This document shows, in pieces, positions 27,784 to 37,112 of a DNA stretch of 64,000 bases. A program made the position numbers and the translations under genes. Positions within the stretch are counted from its first letter, which is position 1. The number at the start of each line of letters is the position of its first letter. The DNA lies in the NCBI GenBank assembly GCA_034522435.1, contig JAXHLJ010000016.1, forward strand, positions 72,893 through 136,892. The letters are read 5' to 3'. The notes below the pieces were generated by a model that ran no database searches, was not told where the DNA came from, and saw nothing but the letters and a program-made list of their open reading frames with translations. This stretch comes from Desulfotignum sp. Lineage in GTDB: Bacteria > Desulfobacterota > Desulfobacteria > Desulfobacterales > Desulfobacteraceae.

Positions 27784-28751
27784 TGACCCAACCGGTGCTG
27801 GATATAAGCAACCTGTGTGTAAATTATCAAACCCCTAAGGGAAAGGTGCAGGCCCTGCGCCATATCCACCTGCAGGTACCGCCGGCAAAGGTGGTGGGAC
27901 TGGTGGGCGAAAGCGGGTGCGGCAAATCCACGTTGATTTCGGCCGTGATCCGTCTGATGGCGGAAAACGCCCATGTGGCAGAAGGAAAAATACAGTTCAT
28001 GGGCCTGGATCTGCAGGCAATGTCCGCTTCCGAGCTGCGGGGTATCAGGGGCCGGGACATCTCCATGGTATTCCAGGATCCCATGACCGCCCTGAATCCC
28101 GTGCTCACCATCGGCCGCCAGATGGTGGATATTCAGTACCGGGATCCCCTTTCCGGAAAGAAAAAACGCGAACGGGCCGCCCGGATGCTGGAACGGGTGG
28201 GAATCAGTGACGGCCTGTCCCGTCTGGACAATTATCCCCACCAGTTTTCAGGCGGCATGTGCCAGCGGATCACCATTGCCATGGCCCTGCTGGTACAGCC
28301 CAAACTGCTGATTGCCGATGAACCCACCACGGCCCTGGATGCCACCCTGGAGGTGCAGATTATCCGTTTGCTCAAAGACCTGCAGACCGATTTTCAGTGT
28401 GCCATTTTGTTTATTTCCCACCATTTGAACGTGATTGCGGAACTGTGCGATTATGTGGGGGTGATGTATGCCGGTGAACTGGTGGAAAAAGGAACGGTGC
28501 GGGATATTTTCCACCGGCCGGGCCATCCCTATACCCGGTCTCTGCTGGAATGCGATCCGTCGGTGATTGAAGAATCCACCCGGTTTCTGCCCACCATCCC
28601 CGGGGACATCCCCAGCCTGATCGACCTGCCCGAAGGCTGCATTTTTCAGGACCGCTGTGAAAAGGTCATGTCCGTGTGCCGGAAAACACCGCCCCCGGCA
28701 GTTCACCTGGCAGAACACCATACAGCTGCCTGCCATTTTCTGGAGGAATGA
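27780..28751 (+). CDS. ABC transporter ATP-binding protein (DppD/OppD-like)
   Basis: 323 aa. Walker A GESGCGKST, signature FSGGMCQRITIAMAL, Walker B LLIADEPTTALD, and a C-terminal oligopeptide-type extension. Confidence 0.9.
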   Translation: MMTQPVLDISNLCVNYQTPKGKVQALRHIHLQVPPAKVVGLVGESGCGKSTLISAVIRLMAENAHVAEGKIQFMGLDLQAMSASELRGIRGRDISMVFQDPMTALNPVLTIGRQMVDIQYRDPLSGKKKRERAARMLERVGISDGLSRLDNYPHQFSGGMCQRITIAMALLVQPKLLIADEPTTALDATLEVQIIRLLKDLQTDFQCAILFISHHLNVIAELCDYVGVMYAGELVEKGTVRDIFHRPGHPYTRSLLECDPSVIEESTRFLPTIPGDIPSLIDLPEGCIFQDRCEKVMSVCRKTPPPAVHLAEHHTAACHFLEE

Positions 28752-29744
28752 TGGAACCCTTATTGGAAGTTGACCAGGTGCGGGTGCGGTTCAGAACCAA
28801 AGGACCCATCAAGGCATTGCTGGAGAAAGATGATGACCCGTTTATCGACGGGGTGATGGGGGTCAGCCTCACCATTTATCCGGGCCAGACCTATCGGCCT
28901 GGTGGGTGAGAGCGGGTCCGGAAAAACCACCCTGGCACGGGCGGTTATGGGGCTGGTGCCGGTGCAGTCCGGTGCCATCCGGTTCAACGGGAAAAATCTG
29001 ATCGGCCTGAACCGGGGTCAGATAAAGCCCTTCCGCAGGGATATTGCGCTGATGTTTCAGGACCCTGCCGGGTCCCTGAGCCCCCGCCTCAAGATCCGGT
29101 CCATTCTGGCCGAACCCTTCCGTATCCATAACAAACTGCCGGACAACCTGCCCGACGAGATTGGCCGGCTGCTGAAAATGGTCAATCTTTCTCCGGCCAT
29201 GGGGGATCTGTATCCCCATCAGCTCAGCGGGGGACAGGCCCGCCGGGTGGGGGTGGCCAGGGCCCTGGCCCTGTCACCCAAACTGATCATCGCTGATGAA
29301 CCCACGGCCGGCCTGGATGTGTCGGTCCAGGGGGAGATTCTCAACCTCATGGCCCGGCTGCAGGACGAACTGGGGGTCAGTTTTCTGATCATCACCCATA
29401 ACCTGGCCGTGGTGCGCCATGTGAGCGACCATACCGCCATCATGTACCTGGGGCGGTTTCTGGAACAGGGTCCCACACAGACGGTGTTTCATCACATGCA
29501 GCACCCCTATACCCAGGCCCTGCTGTCTGCCCATGCCAGCCCGGACCCGGATGCGGTACACCACCGCATCGCCATTTCCGGAGAGATTCCCAGTCTTTTT
29601 TCCAGGCCCAAAGGGTGTGAATTTCACACCCGGTGTCCCCGGGTCAAAGATAGTGCTGCCGAGAACAATTTCCCAAAGCGGCGGATGCCGAAAAAAGCCC
29701 ACCAGTATTTCTGTCATTTTCCGCTGTCTGAATCCCTACAATGA
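28751..29744 (+). pseudogene. ABC transporter ATP-binding protein (DppF/OppF-like) with a +1 frameshift just before Walker A
   Basis: Frame A reads MEPLLEVDQVRV...SLTIYPGQTY and stops at 28907-28909. Frame B continues GLVGESGSGKTTLARAV... through LSGGQARRVGVARAL. One extra nucleotide lies within 28889-28896. Confidence 0.7.
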
Positions 29745-29786
29745 AACCATCTGATACAACCCTGTGTTTGGAGGAATACGTTACCC

Positions 29787-31832
29787 ATGCGCTTCAATAC
29801 CTTGCTGGAACAGTCTGAATCCATCTGCTTTCCCCCGGTGGACGGGGTCCGCCGTTTCCGGAACCTGATGATCCCCATGCGGGACCATATACAACTGGCG
29901 GCAGATCTCTATCTGCCGGACACCGGAGACCCGGATGCGGCATTTCCCGTGGTCATGGAATACATTCCCTACCGAAAGGACCAGGTGGACCTGTCTGCCC
30001 GGCCGTTTTACACATATCTGGCCCGCAGGGGATACCTGGTCATCCGGGTGGATATCCGGGGCACAGGCGCGTCCCCTGGCAAAAACCTGGATGAATACCT
30101 GCTCCAGGAGCAGGAGGACGGATATGACTGTGTGGAATGGATTGCTGCCCAGTCCTGGTGCGACGGGCATGTGAATATGATGGGCATTTCCTATGGCGGA
30201 TTTTCCGCCCTCCAGGTGGCCACCCATCAGCCCCCCCATCTCACCAGTATCATCCCCGTGGATTTTACCGATGACCGGTACCATGATGACTGCCATTACC
30301 AGGGGGGCCTGATGCGCCAGTATTATGACATTGCCTATTACGGGGGAGCCATGGTGGCGGCCAATGCCATGCCGTCCCTGCTGGAGGCGGCCGGAGCCGA
30401 CTGGGCCGATACCTGGCGGCAGCACCTGGAAGAAAACGAACCCTACCTGCTGCAGTGGTACCGCCATCAGACCGCCGGTCCCTACTGGGAGCATGGGTCT
30501 GTCCGGTATGTTGCCGATCGGATCCGCTGTCCCGTGATGATGATCGGCGGCTGGCGGGATGGATACATGAACGTGCCCCTGCGCCTGTTTCAAGCCCTGT
30601 CAGTACCGAAAAAAGTGTGGATCGGTCCGTGGAACCATGCCATGCCTGACGGGGCTGTGCCCGGCCCCCGGGTGGATTACCTGGATGAAGTGGTGCGGTG
30701 GCTGGACTGCTGGTGCAGGAAAAAATCCACGGGTATCATGGAAGAACCCCCGGTGGTGGCGTTCATGCAGCAGTACCAGCCGCCGGAGGTGGACCGCCTG
30801 GAAACCAGAGGAGAGTGGCGGGCGGAAACCACCTGGCCGGTCCCGGGATCGGGCACCCGGTCTCTGTTCCTGGAGGCATCCGGCTGTCTTGCCGAAGCGG
30901 TGGGCACAGACGGCCATGATCTGCTGACCTATATGCCCTTTGTGGGCACCGGCGGCGGTCTTTTTTCCGGGGGAATCCAGTTCGGCCTGCCCGGGGACCA
31001 GCGCCCGGATGAAGCGTTCAGTGCCGTGTACACCACAAAACCTTTGGCGGATGACCTGCATATCATGGGACGTCCCAGAGCAGTGCTGCATGTGACTTCC
31101 AGTGCCGCGGTGATGGGGTATGCGGTCAGCCTGTCGGATGTGGCCCCGGACGGATCCTCCCATCTGGTGGCCAAGGGGGTGCTCAACGGCACCCGCAGGA
31201 ACTCGTTCACAGACCCGGAACCCATGGTGCCGGAAACCGTATATGAACTGGGCATTGACATTGACAGCACGGGCTGGATATTCAAAGCAGGTCATTGTAT
31301 CCGCCTGTCTGTGGCCAATGCGGACTGGCCCAATTTCTGGCCCACCCCGGAACAGGGGGTCAGCCGGATTTTTTTCGGATCTGCCCGGCCCAGCCGGCTG
31401 GACCTGCCGGCAGTGCCGGATGCCGGGTCGGCACAACCGCCGGTTTTTGCCCCTTCCACAATGGTGAGGCAGCCCCATATGGCATCGGTTTGCCCGCCTG
31501 TGTGGGAGGTGAGCACCGATGTGCTCAGCGGTAGAAAAACCGTGCACCTGCAGGTAGACAGTGTGCACCGGCTGACAGACACCACCGTGTTTGAAAAACA
31601 GGCGTCAGGAAAGTTTCAGGTGCATCCCCGGCATCCGGCCCTGGCCTCGGGCCGGGGAAAACATCTACAGGAACTCAAAAGCGACGGGGGATCCATCCGG
31701 GCCGAATCCGACGTCTGGGTACAGGGAGGGAAAACCCATTTTCAGGTGATCATCCACCTGGTGGTGCGGGTCAACGGCGGGACCATTTTTTCCCGAAAAT
31801 GGGTGGAATCCATTCCCCGTCACCTGCTTTGA
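29787..31832 (+). CDS. CocE/NonD family hydrolase (S15 X-Pro dipeptidyl-peptidase-like alpha/beta hydrolase)
   Basis: 681 aa. MRDHIQLAADLYLPD, RGTGASPG, nucleophile elbow GISYGG, and a C-terminal beta-sandwich region. Confidence 0.85.
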   Translation: MRFNTLLEQSESICFPPVDGVRRFRNLMIPMRDHIQLAADLYLPDTGDPDAAFPVVMEYIPYRKDQVDLSARPFYTYLARRGYLVIRVDIRGTGASPGKNLDEYLLQEQEDGYDCVEWIAAQSWCDGHVNMMGISYGGFSALQVATHQPPHLTSIIPVDFTDDRYHDDCHYQGGLMRQYYDIAYYGGAMVAANAMPSLLEAAGADWADTWRQHLEENEPYLLQWYRHQTAGPYWEHGSVRYVADRIRCPVMMIGGWRDGYMNVPLRLFQALSVPKKVWIGPWNHAMPDGAVPGPRVDYLDEVVRWLDCWCRKKSTGIMEEPPVVAFMQQYQPPEVDRLETRGEWRAETTWPVPGSGTRSLFLEASGCLAEAVGTDGHDLLTYMPFVGTGGGLFSGGIQFGLPGDQRPDEAFSAVYTTKPLADDLHIMGRPRAVLHVTSSAAVMGYAVSLSDVAPDGSSHLVAKGVLNGTRRNSFTDPEPMVPETVYELGIDIDSTGWIFKAGHCIRLSVANADWPNFWPTPEQGVSRIFFGSARPSRLDLPAVPDAGSAQPPVFAPSTMVRQPHMASVCPPVWEVSTDVLSGRKTVHLQVDSVHRLTDTTVFEKQASGKFQVHPRHPALASGRGKHLQELKSDGGSIRAESDVWVQGGKTHFQVIIHLVVRVNGGTIFSRKWVESIPRHLL

Positions 31833-31841
31833 CGGGCCTGG

Positions 31842-33137
31842 CTATTCGATTTCAAACGCCCGTTCCCCGTGCAGGGCGCTGTCCAGACCGGTCCGTTCAT
31901 CCTGACCGTCCACACGGAGCCCGCCGCAGACCAGTTTGGTGACATATACCACGATCAGGGTGGCCACGGCGGAAAATGCGATGGTGGCAATGATGGACAC
32001 CACCTGGATCCAGACCTGGCCCGGGTTGCCGTAAAACAGCCCCCTGGCCCCTTCCGTGACGGACGGGGAGGCGAACAGCCCGGTGGCCAGCGCCCCCCAC
32101 ATGCCGCACAGGCCGTGGATGCCGAACGCGTCCAGCGAATCGTCATACCCCAGTTTTTTCTTGAGAAACACCACGCCGTAATATCCCACAGCTCCGGACA
32201 CCAGGCCGATAATCAATGATCCGGACAGGGTGACGAATCCGGCGGCCGGGGTGATGGCCACCAGCCCGGCAATGACGCCCGAAGCCATGCCCAGCAGGGT
32301 GGGTTTGCCGCTGATGTTCCACTCCAGGAACAGCCAGGTCAGGCCGGCGGCGGATGCGGCCGTGTTGGTGACCAGAAAGGCGGAAGCGGCCACGCCGTCG
32401 GCGGCCAGCTCACTGCCGGCATTGAATCCGAACCATCCGAACCAGAGCAGGGCCGCGCCCAGGGCGGTAAATGCCACGGAAGACGGAATCATGGGCTCTT
32501 TGCCGTATCCGTTGCGTTTGCCCAGCACCAGGGCCAGCACCAGCCCGGACACCCCGGCATTGATGTGGACCACATTGCCGCCGGCAAAATCCAGGGCCCC
32601 CAAATGGTGCATCCAGCCCCCGCCCCAGACCCAGTTGCACACGGGCGCGTACACAAATGTAATCCAGAGAACGGCAAACACGATCCAGGCGGAAAATTTC
32701 ATCCGGTCCACGGCGGATCCCAGGATGATGGCCACGGAGATGCAGGCGAAGGTCATCTGAAATACCACAAATATCAAGGTGGGGATGGTGCCGGACACGG
32801 AGGACGCATCGATGCCGGCCAGCAGAATGTGGCCCAGGCTGCCGATCAAGGGGCTGGCGCTCTCCCCGAAGGCCAGGGAATATCCCCATCCCACCCACAC
32901 CAGGCCGGCCAGGCAGTAGGCGGCAAAGGTCATGGCAATGGTGTTGAGCAGGTTTTTGTACCGGGACATGCCCCCGTAAAACAACGCCAGGCCCGCCGGT
33001 GTCATCATCATGACCAGGGCCGTGGACATGGTGACCCAGGCGGTGTCTCCGGTATCGATGGCGCCGTCGGACGCAAAGACAGAGGCAGTGGTTGTCAGCA
33101 ACAGAGGGATACTCATCAGGCAGTATTTCAATCCCAT
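31842..33137 (-). CDS. amt: Ammonium transporter
   Basis: 431 aa with a signal-like N-terminus. Amt family motifs DFAGGNVVHINAGVSGL and FGIHGLCGMWGALATGLF. Confidence 0.95.
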   Translation of the reverse strand: MGLKYCLMSIPLLLTTTASVFASDGAIDTGDTAWVTMSTALVMMMTPAGLALFYGGMSRYKNLLNTIAMTFAAYCLAGLVWVGWGYSLAFGESASPLIGSLGHILLAGIDASSVSGTIPTLIFVVFQMTFACISVAIILGSAVDRMKFSAWIVFAVLWITFVYAPVCNWVWGGGWMHHLGALDFAGGNVVHINAGVSGLVLALVLGKRNGYGKEPMIPSSVAFTALGAALLWFGWFGFNAGSELAADGVAASAFLVTNTAASAAGLTWLFLEWNISGKPTLLGMASGVIAGLVAITPAAGFVTLSGSLIIGLVSGAVGYYGVVFLKKKLGYDDSLDAFGIHGLCGMWGALATGLFASPSVTEGARGLFYGNPGQVWIQVVSIIATIAFSAVATLIVVYVTKLVCGGLRVDGQDERTGLDSALHGERAFEIE

Positions 33138-33195
33138 GGTGGTTCCTTTCTTTTTGTCGTTTGAAACACATTTTCAATAACTGCCTTCTGTGTTC

Positions 33196-33211
33196 AGCAA
33201 ATCGTATGCCA
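33196..33211 (-). promoter_or_regulatory. Sigma-54 (-24/-12) promoter for amt
   Basis: The minus strand reads TGGCAT-ACGAT-TTGCT, matching TGGCAC-N5-TTGCW, 59-74 nt upstream of the amt ATG. Confidence 0.65.
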
Positions 33212-33530
33212 GAACTTGGGGTTTGATAGTATTTATTAATTCAACTAATTGAAATTAAAAGAATGATTGATGGTTTTTTCTTTGAATTGGTCTATAGTTT
33301 TATGAATTTGTTTGAGCATAAAGTCATTAAAAAACAAAATTGTATTTTTATGATCAAAATAAGCAACAAAATTGTAATATAAAAAATTAAAGACTTTGTT
33401 TGATCGAATGTTTGACTGGTGGCAACAGGTATGAAATCAATTTACATCCTGCGGATCCATGTTATACTGCGTCGCTGTAACACGCTTGAACATGTATATT
33501 TCCCGGTTCAGATCCTGAGCCTGAAACTCC

Positions 33531-33559
33531 TTGACCCGGAATCAAAATTGCTCTATATT
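33531..33559 (+). promoter_or_regulatory. Candidate sigma-70 promoter for the MFS gene
   Basis: TTGACC, 17-nt spacer, TATATT, about 50 nt upstream of the ATG at 33610. Confidence 0.5.
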
Positions 33560-33609
33560 TCCGTGCTTTTGTTTTGAACACAACCGTTGCATGATGGGAG
33601 ACGTTTGTC

Positions 33610-34863
33610 ATGTTAGCCAATATCAGACCGTTCATAGCGTTGTATTCTTCAGTTGTACTGATGATGATGGGGCTGGGACTTTTAAATACGTTTCTGGGGC
33701 TCCGGCTCTCTCTGGAAGGGGTGTCCACCCAGGTGACCGGACTGGTGCTGAGCGCCTATTTTGTGGGACTGGTGGCCGGTACCGCTTACTGCCGGAAAAT
33801 CATAAGAAATGTGGGTCATATCCGGGCCTTTGCCGCGTTCACCGCAGTCACCACCGCCGTGGTGATGGTCCATGGGCTGTATACCTTCCCGCTGCTGTGG
33901 GCTGTGCTGCGGTTTGCCGCCGGTATCTCCAATATGGGACTGTTCATGGTGATCGAAAGCTGGCTCAATGAGTGTGCCGAACCCAGATTCCGGGGGCGCA
34001 TTTTTTCCATATACATGATCGTCACCTATCTGGGCAGCACTGTGGGGCAGCAGCTGCTGAACACGGGAGATGTGCACGGCCAGACCCTGTTCCTGGTGGC
34101 AGGCGTGTTCGTGGTGCTGAGCACCATACCGGTGGCCATGACCCGTTCCATCCATCCGAAGCTGCCCAAAGTGGAGCAGGCGGCCCTGAAGACCATTTTG
34201 AAAAAAGCGCCCATCGGCATGCTGGGCTGCTTTGGCGCCGGTCTGCTGCACAGTGCCTTCTATACCATGGGGCCGGTATTCGCCCACCAGATCCATTTGA
34301 GTGTGTCCCAGATCTCCTGGTTCATGAGTCTGACGGTGCTGGGGGGGCTGCTGCTCCAGTGGCCGGTGGGGATGATGTCGGACCGGCTGGACCGGACTCT
34401 GGTGCTGCCGGGACTGGGCATCATCCTGGCAGTTATTTCCCTGGCGCTCCTGCTTTTTTCCCGTTACTCTCTGGGCATGCTGCTGGGAACCACGGCAGTG
34501 TTCGGCGGGATCTTTTTTTCCATTTATCCGGTGGCCGTGGCCCGCGCCCATGACATCTTCGAGGCCCAGGACGTGGTCAAGGTCAGTTCCGTGCTGCTGC
34601 TGTGCTACGGCATCGGCGCCATGTTCGGCCCCACCCTGGCTGCCGCAGTCATGTCTCTGGCCGGCACCCCCTATGGACTGTATTATTACATGATTGCCGT
34701 CAGCAGCCTGTATGCGGTGATCACCCTGATGCTGCGGCAAAAGGAATCCGTCCGTATTGTTCCGGTGGCAGAACAGGTGGATTTCGTGATCATGGAAACG
34801 ACCTCGGATGTGGCCATGCACCTGGATCCCCGTCTGGAACGCCGTCAGGAGGAAGAAAGGTGA
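33610..34863 (+). CDS. MFS transporter (12 TM)
   Basis: 417 aa, hydrophobic throughout, with a two-fold 6+6 TM layout. Confidence 0.8.
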   Translation: MLANIRPFIALYSSVVLMMMGLGLLNTFLGLRLSLEGVSTQVTGLVLSAYFVGLVAGTAYCRKIIRNVGHIRAFAAFTAVTTAVVMVHGLYTFPLLWAVLRFAAGISNMGLFMVIESWLNECAEPRFRGRIFSIYMIVTYLGSTVGQQLLNTGDVHGQTLFLVAGVFVVLSTIPVAMTRSIHPKLPKVEQAALKTILKKAPIGMLGCFGAGLLHSAFYTMGPVFAHQIHLSVSQISWFMSLTVLGGLLLQWPVGMMSDRLDRTLVLPGLGIILAVISLALLLFSRYSLGMLLGTTAVFGGIFFSIYPVAVARAHDIFEAQDVVKVSSVLLLCYGIGAMFGPTLAAAVMSLAGTPYGLYYYMIAVSSLYAVITLMLRQKESVRIVPVAEQVDFVIMETTSDVAMHLDPRLERRQEEER

Positions 34864-35024
34864 CAATTATTTTCCGACACATATTCCAGAAACGTCTGGG
34901 TATCGATAAGCCCGCAGCCATGGCATCGATGCCCACGGCGTTAAACACCCAAGCTTCGGCCTGTCCGTGGAACAGGGTATAGTACAGGGAGCAGTGGCTC
35001 ATGTCTCCGGCATGGGCGGTCTGC

Positions 35025-36686
35025 TTATCGCTCAGCGGTATTATCATCAGGGGGTGCCATTTCCCTGAGTTTGTATTTCTGGATTTTGCCGCTGGCCGTT
35101 GTGGGAAATTCATTCACAAAGTAAATATGGCGCGGGATTTTATGAAATGAGATCCTGTCTTTGCAAAATTTTCGGATCTCTTCTTCGGAAGGGGTTTTTT
35201 TGTTTCTTGTCTGAATGAAGGCCGCCACTTCCTCACCGTATTTTTCATCGGGAATGCCCACCACCTGGACATCCTGTACCGCCGGGTGGGTGTAGAGAAA
35301 TTCTTCGATTTCCCGGGGATAAATATTTTCGCCGCCCCGGATGATCATGTCTTTGAGCCGGCCCTGGATGATGCAGTAGCCGTTCTCGTCCATACTGGCC
35401 AGATCTCCGGTATGCAGCCACCCGTCGCTGTCAATGGTTTCCTTTGTCTTATCCGGCATTTTGTAATAGCCTTTCATGATGTGGTATCCCCGGCTGCAAA
35501 GCTCCCCGGTTTTGCCGGGCGGCAGGGTCTCGCCGGTGACGGTGTCCACGATTTTCAGCTCCACGTTGGGCAGGGCCCGTCCCACGGTTTCGGTTCGAAT
35601 CTCCAGCGAATCATTTCGCCGGGTCTGGGTGATACCGGGAGAGCTTTCTGTCTGACCGTAGACGATAGTCAGTTCCTGTGCCCCCATTTTTTCCATGACC
35701 CCTTTCATGACTTCCACCGGGCAGGTAGAGCCGGCCATAACCCCGGTGCGCAGGCGGGAGGTGTCATATTGTTTTCCATTCATGGCTTCGAGTTCCGCAA
35801 TGAACATGGTGGGCACCCCGTGAAGGGCCGTGCATTTCAACGCATCCACCGTGTCCAGGACCACCTCCGGCCGGAACGAGGTCACCGGTGCCATGGTGGC
35901 GCCTGACACCGTGCAGCACATGGTGCCGATCACGCACCCGAAGCAGTGGAAAAAAGGCACCGGGATGCACAGGTTGTCGTCCGGGGTCAGGGCCATGATT
36001 TCGGCCATGCTCCGGGCGTTGCCGATCAGGTTGCGATGGGTGAGCATCACGCCTTTGGGGTATCCGGTGGTCCCGGAGGTGTACTGGATCATGGTGACAT
36101 CATCGGGCTCGATGCTGTCGGCCCGTTCATCCAGTGCCGAATCGGAAATCCGGTTTCCCATTTCCAGCATCTGCCGCCAGGTAAAAGTCCCGGCGACCGG
36201 GTCTTCCCCTAACAGCACGATGTTTTTCAAAAACGGCAGTTTTTCAATCTTCAGTGCGCCGGGTTCACATTGATCCATTTCCGGGCAGACCCCCCTTAGA
36301 ATCCGGATGTATTCGCCCGGCTCACGAACCCCGTGGGTCATGATCAGGGTGGTGGTGTCGGACTGGCCCAGAAGGTATTCCAGTTCAAATGCCCGGAAAT
36401 TGGTGTTCACCGTCACCAGGACCGCGCCGGTCATGGCACTGCCGAACTGGGTGTACACCCATTCGGGCAGATTGTTGGCCCAGACGGCGATATGGTCTCC
36501 GCGCCGGATTCCCAGGGCCATCAATCCCTTGGCCACCTGGCGGCAGATGTCCCGGAATTCGGCAAAGGTGTTTTGAAATCCATACTCGTGGTATGCTAGA
36601 GCGATGTCGTTTTTCAGTTTTTCAGCGTTCGCATCAACAAGGTCTCCGATTCGGTTCAGACGGGTGTCAAATTCCATGGATGGCAT
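35025..36686 (-). CDS. AMP-dependent acyl-CoA synthetase/ligase
   Basis: 553 aa. AMP-binding motif IQYTSGTTGYPKGVMLTHRN, plus YGQTE, GWLHTGDL and SGKIQKYKLRE. Confidence 0.9.
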   Translation of the reverse strand: MPSMEFDTRLNRIGDLVDANAEKLKNDIALAYHEYGFQNTFAEFRDICRQVAKGLMALGIRRGDHIAVWANNLPEWVYTQFGSAMTGAVLVTVNTNFRAFELEYLLGQSDTTTLIMTHGVREPGEYIRILRGVCPEMDQCEPGALKIEKLPFLKNIVLLGEDPVAGTFTWRQMLEMGNRISDSALDERADSIEPDDVTMIQYTSGTTGYPKGVMLTHRNLIGNARSMAEIMALTPDDNLCIPVPFFHCFGCVIGTMCCTVSGATMAPVTSFRPEVVLDTVDALKCTALHGVPTMFIAELEAMNGKQYDTSRLRTGVMAGSTCPVEVMKGVMEKMGAQELTIVYGQTESSPGITQTRRNDSLEIRTETVGRALPNVELKIVDTVTGETLPPGKTGELCSRGYHIMKGYYKMPDKTKETIDSDGWLHTGDLASMDENGYCIIQGRLKDMIIRGGENIYPREIEEFLYTHPAVQDVQVVGIPDEKYGEEVAAFIQTRNKKTPSEEEIRKFCKDRISFHKIPRHIYFVNEFPTTASGKIQKYKLREMAPPDDNTAER

Positions 36687-36748
36687 TGCGTAGATTTCCT
36701 CCTGTGGTTGGGGTGAGTGTTGCGTTTCTGAGAAAGAGCTGAAAATAC

Positions 36749-36777
36749 AATTAAGACAGTCAATCGCTGTTTGTCAA
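36749..36777 (-). promoter_or_regulatory. Candidate sigma-70 promoter for the acyl-CoA synthetase gene
   Basis: The minus strand reads TTGACA, 17-nt spacer, TTAATT. Confidence 0.35.
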
Positions 36778-37074
36778 GCAAAGGATGAAAACTTTTTTAC
36801 GGGCAGGGCGCCCTTCAGGCTCATGCCCACTGTAGTCTTGCCGAATTTCACCCGGGAGACCATCATGGCCAGGACGGTGCCGGCGGCAGTGTGTTTGCAT
36901 TGAAATTATCTAATTTTTTATGTTGATGTTTGATGGGCGTATACTCGATGCAGCGCTGTGGTTGATATGACTTTTTGATTGACAAAACCCCAGTTGCTGG
37001 CCTAAGTTGGGCCGACAGGAAAACCCGCCGGATTCATATGACAGCGGGAAGATGTACACACCTGATTTTCAAAA

Positions 37075-37100
37075 ACGCTTAACCGAAACGCTTAACCGAA
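37075..37100 (+). repeat. Perfect tandem duplication acgcttaaccgaa x2 immediately upstream of phnD
   Basis: Read directly from the sequence. It ends 12 nt before the ATG at 37113. Confidence 0.9.
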
Positions 37101-37112
37101 AAGGGACAAAAG

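Noticed and set aside
34790-35002. A possible ~70-aa ORF (MSHCSLYYTLFHGQAEAWVFNAVGIDAMAAGLSIP...) in the convergent gap between the MFS and acyl-CoA synthetase genes.
   Set aside because: It has no usable Shine-Dalgarno spacing, overlaps the MFS 3' end by about 70 nt, and matches no family I recognise. It may be a gene remnant, but I cannot support that.
36800-36900. A GC-rich ~100-bp patch inside the AT-rich spacer upstream of phnD. On the minus strand it reads ...AAGTVLAMMVSRVKFGKTTVGMSLKGALPVKK..., which looks like a coding remnant.
   Set aside because: It has no start codon context, is shorter than 50 codons, and carries no identifiable motif. I recorded it only as a possible relic.
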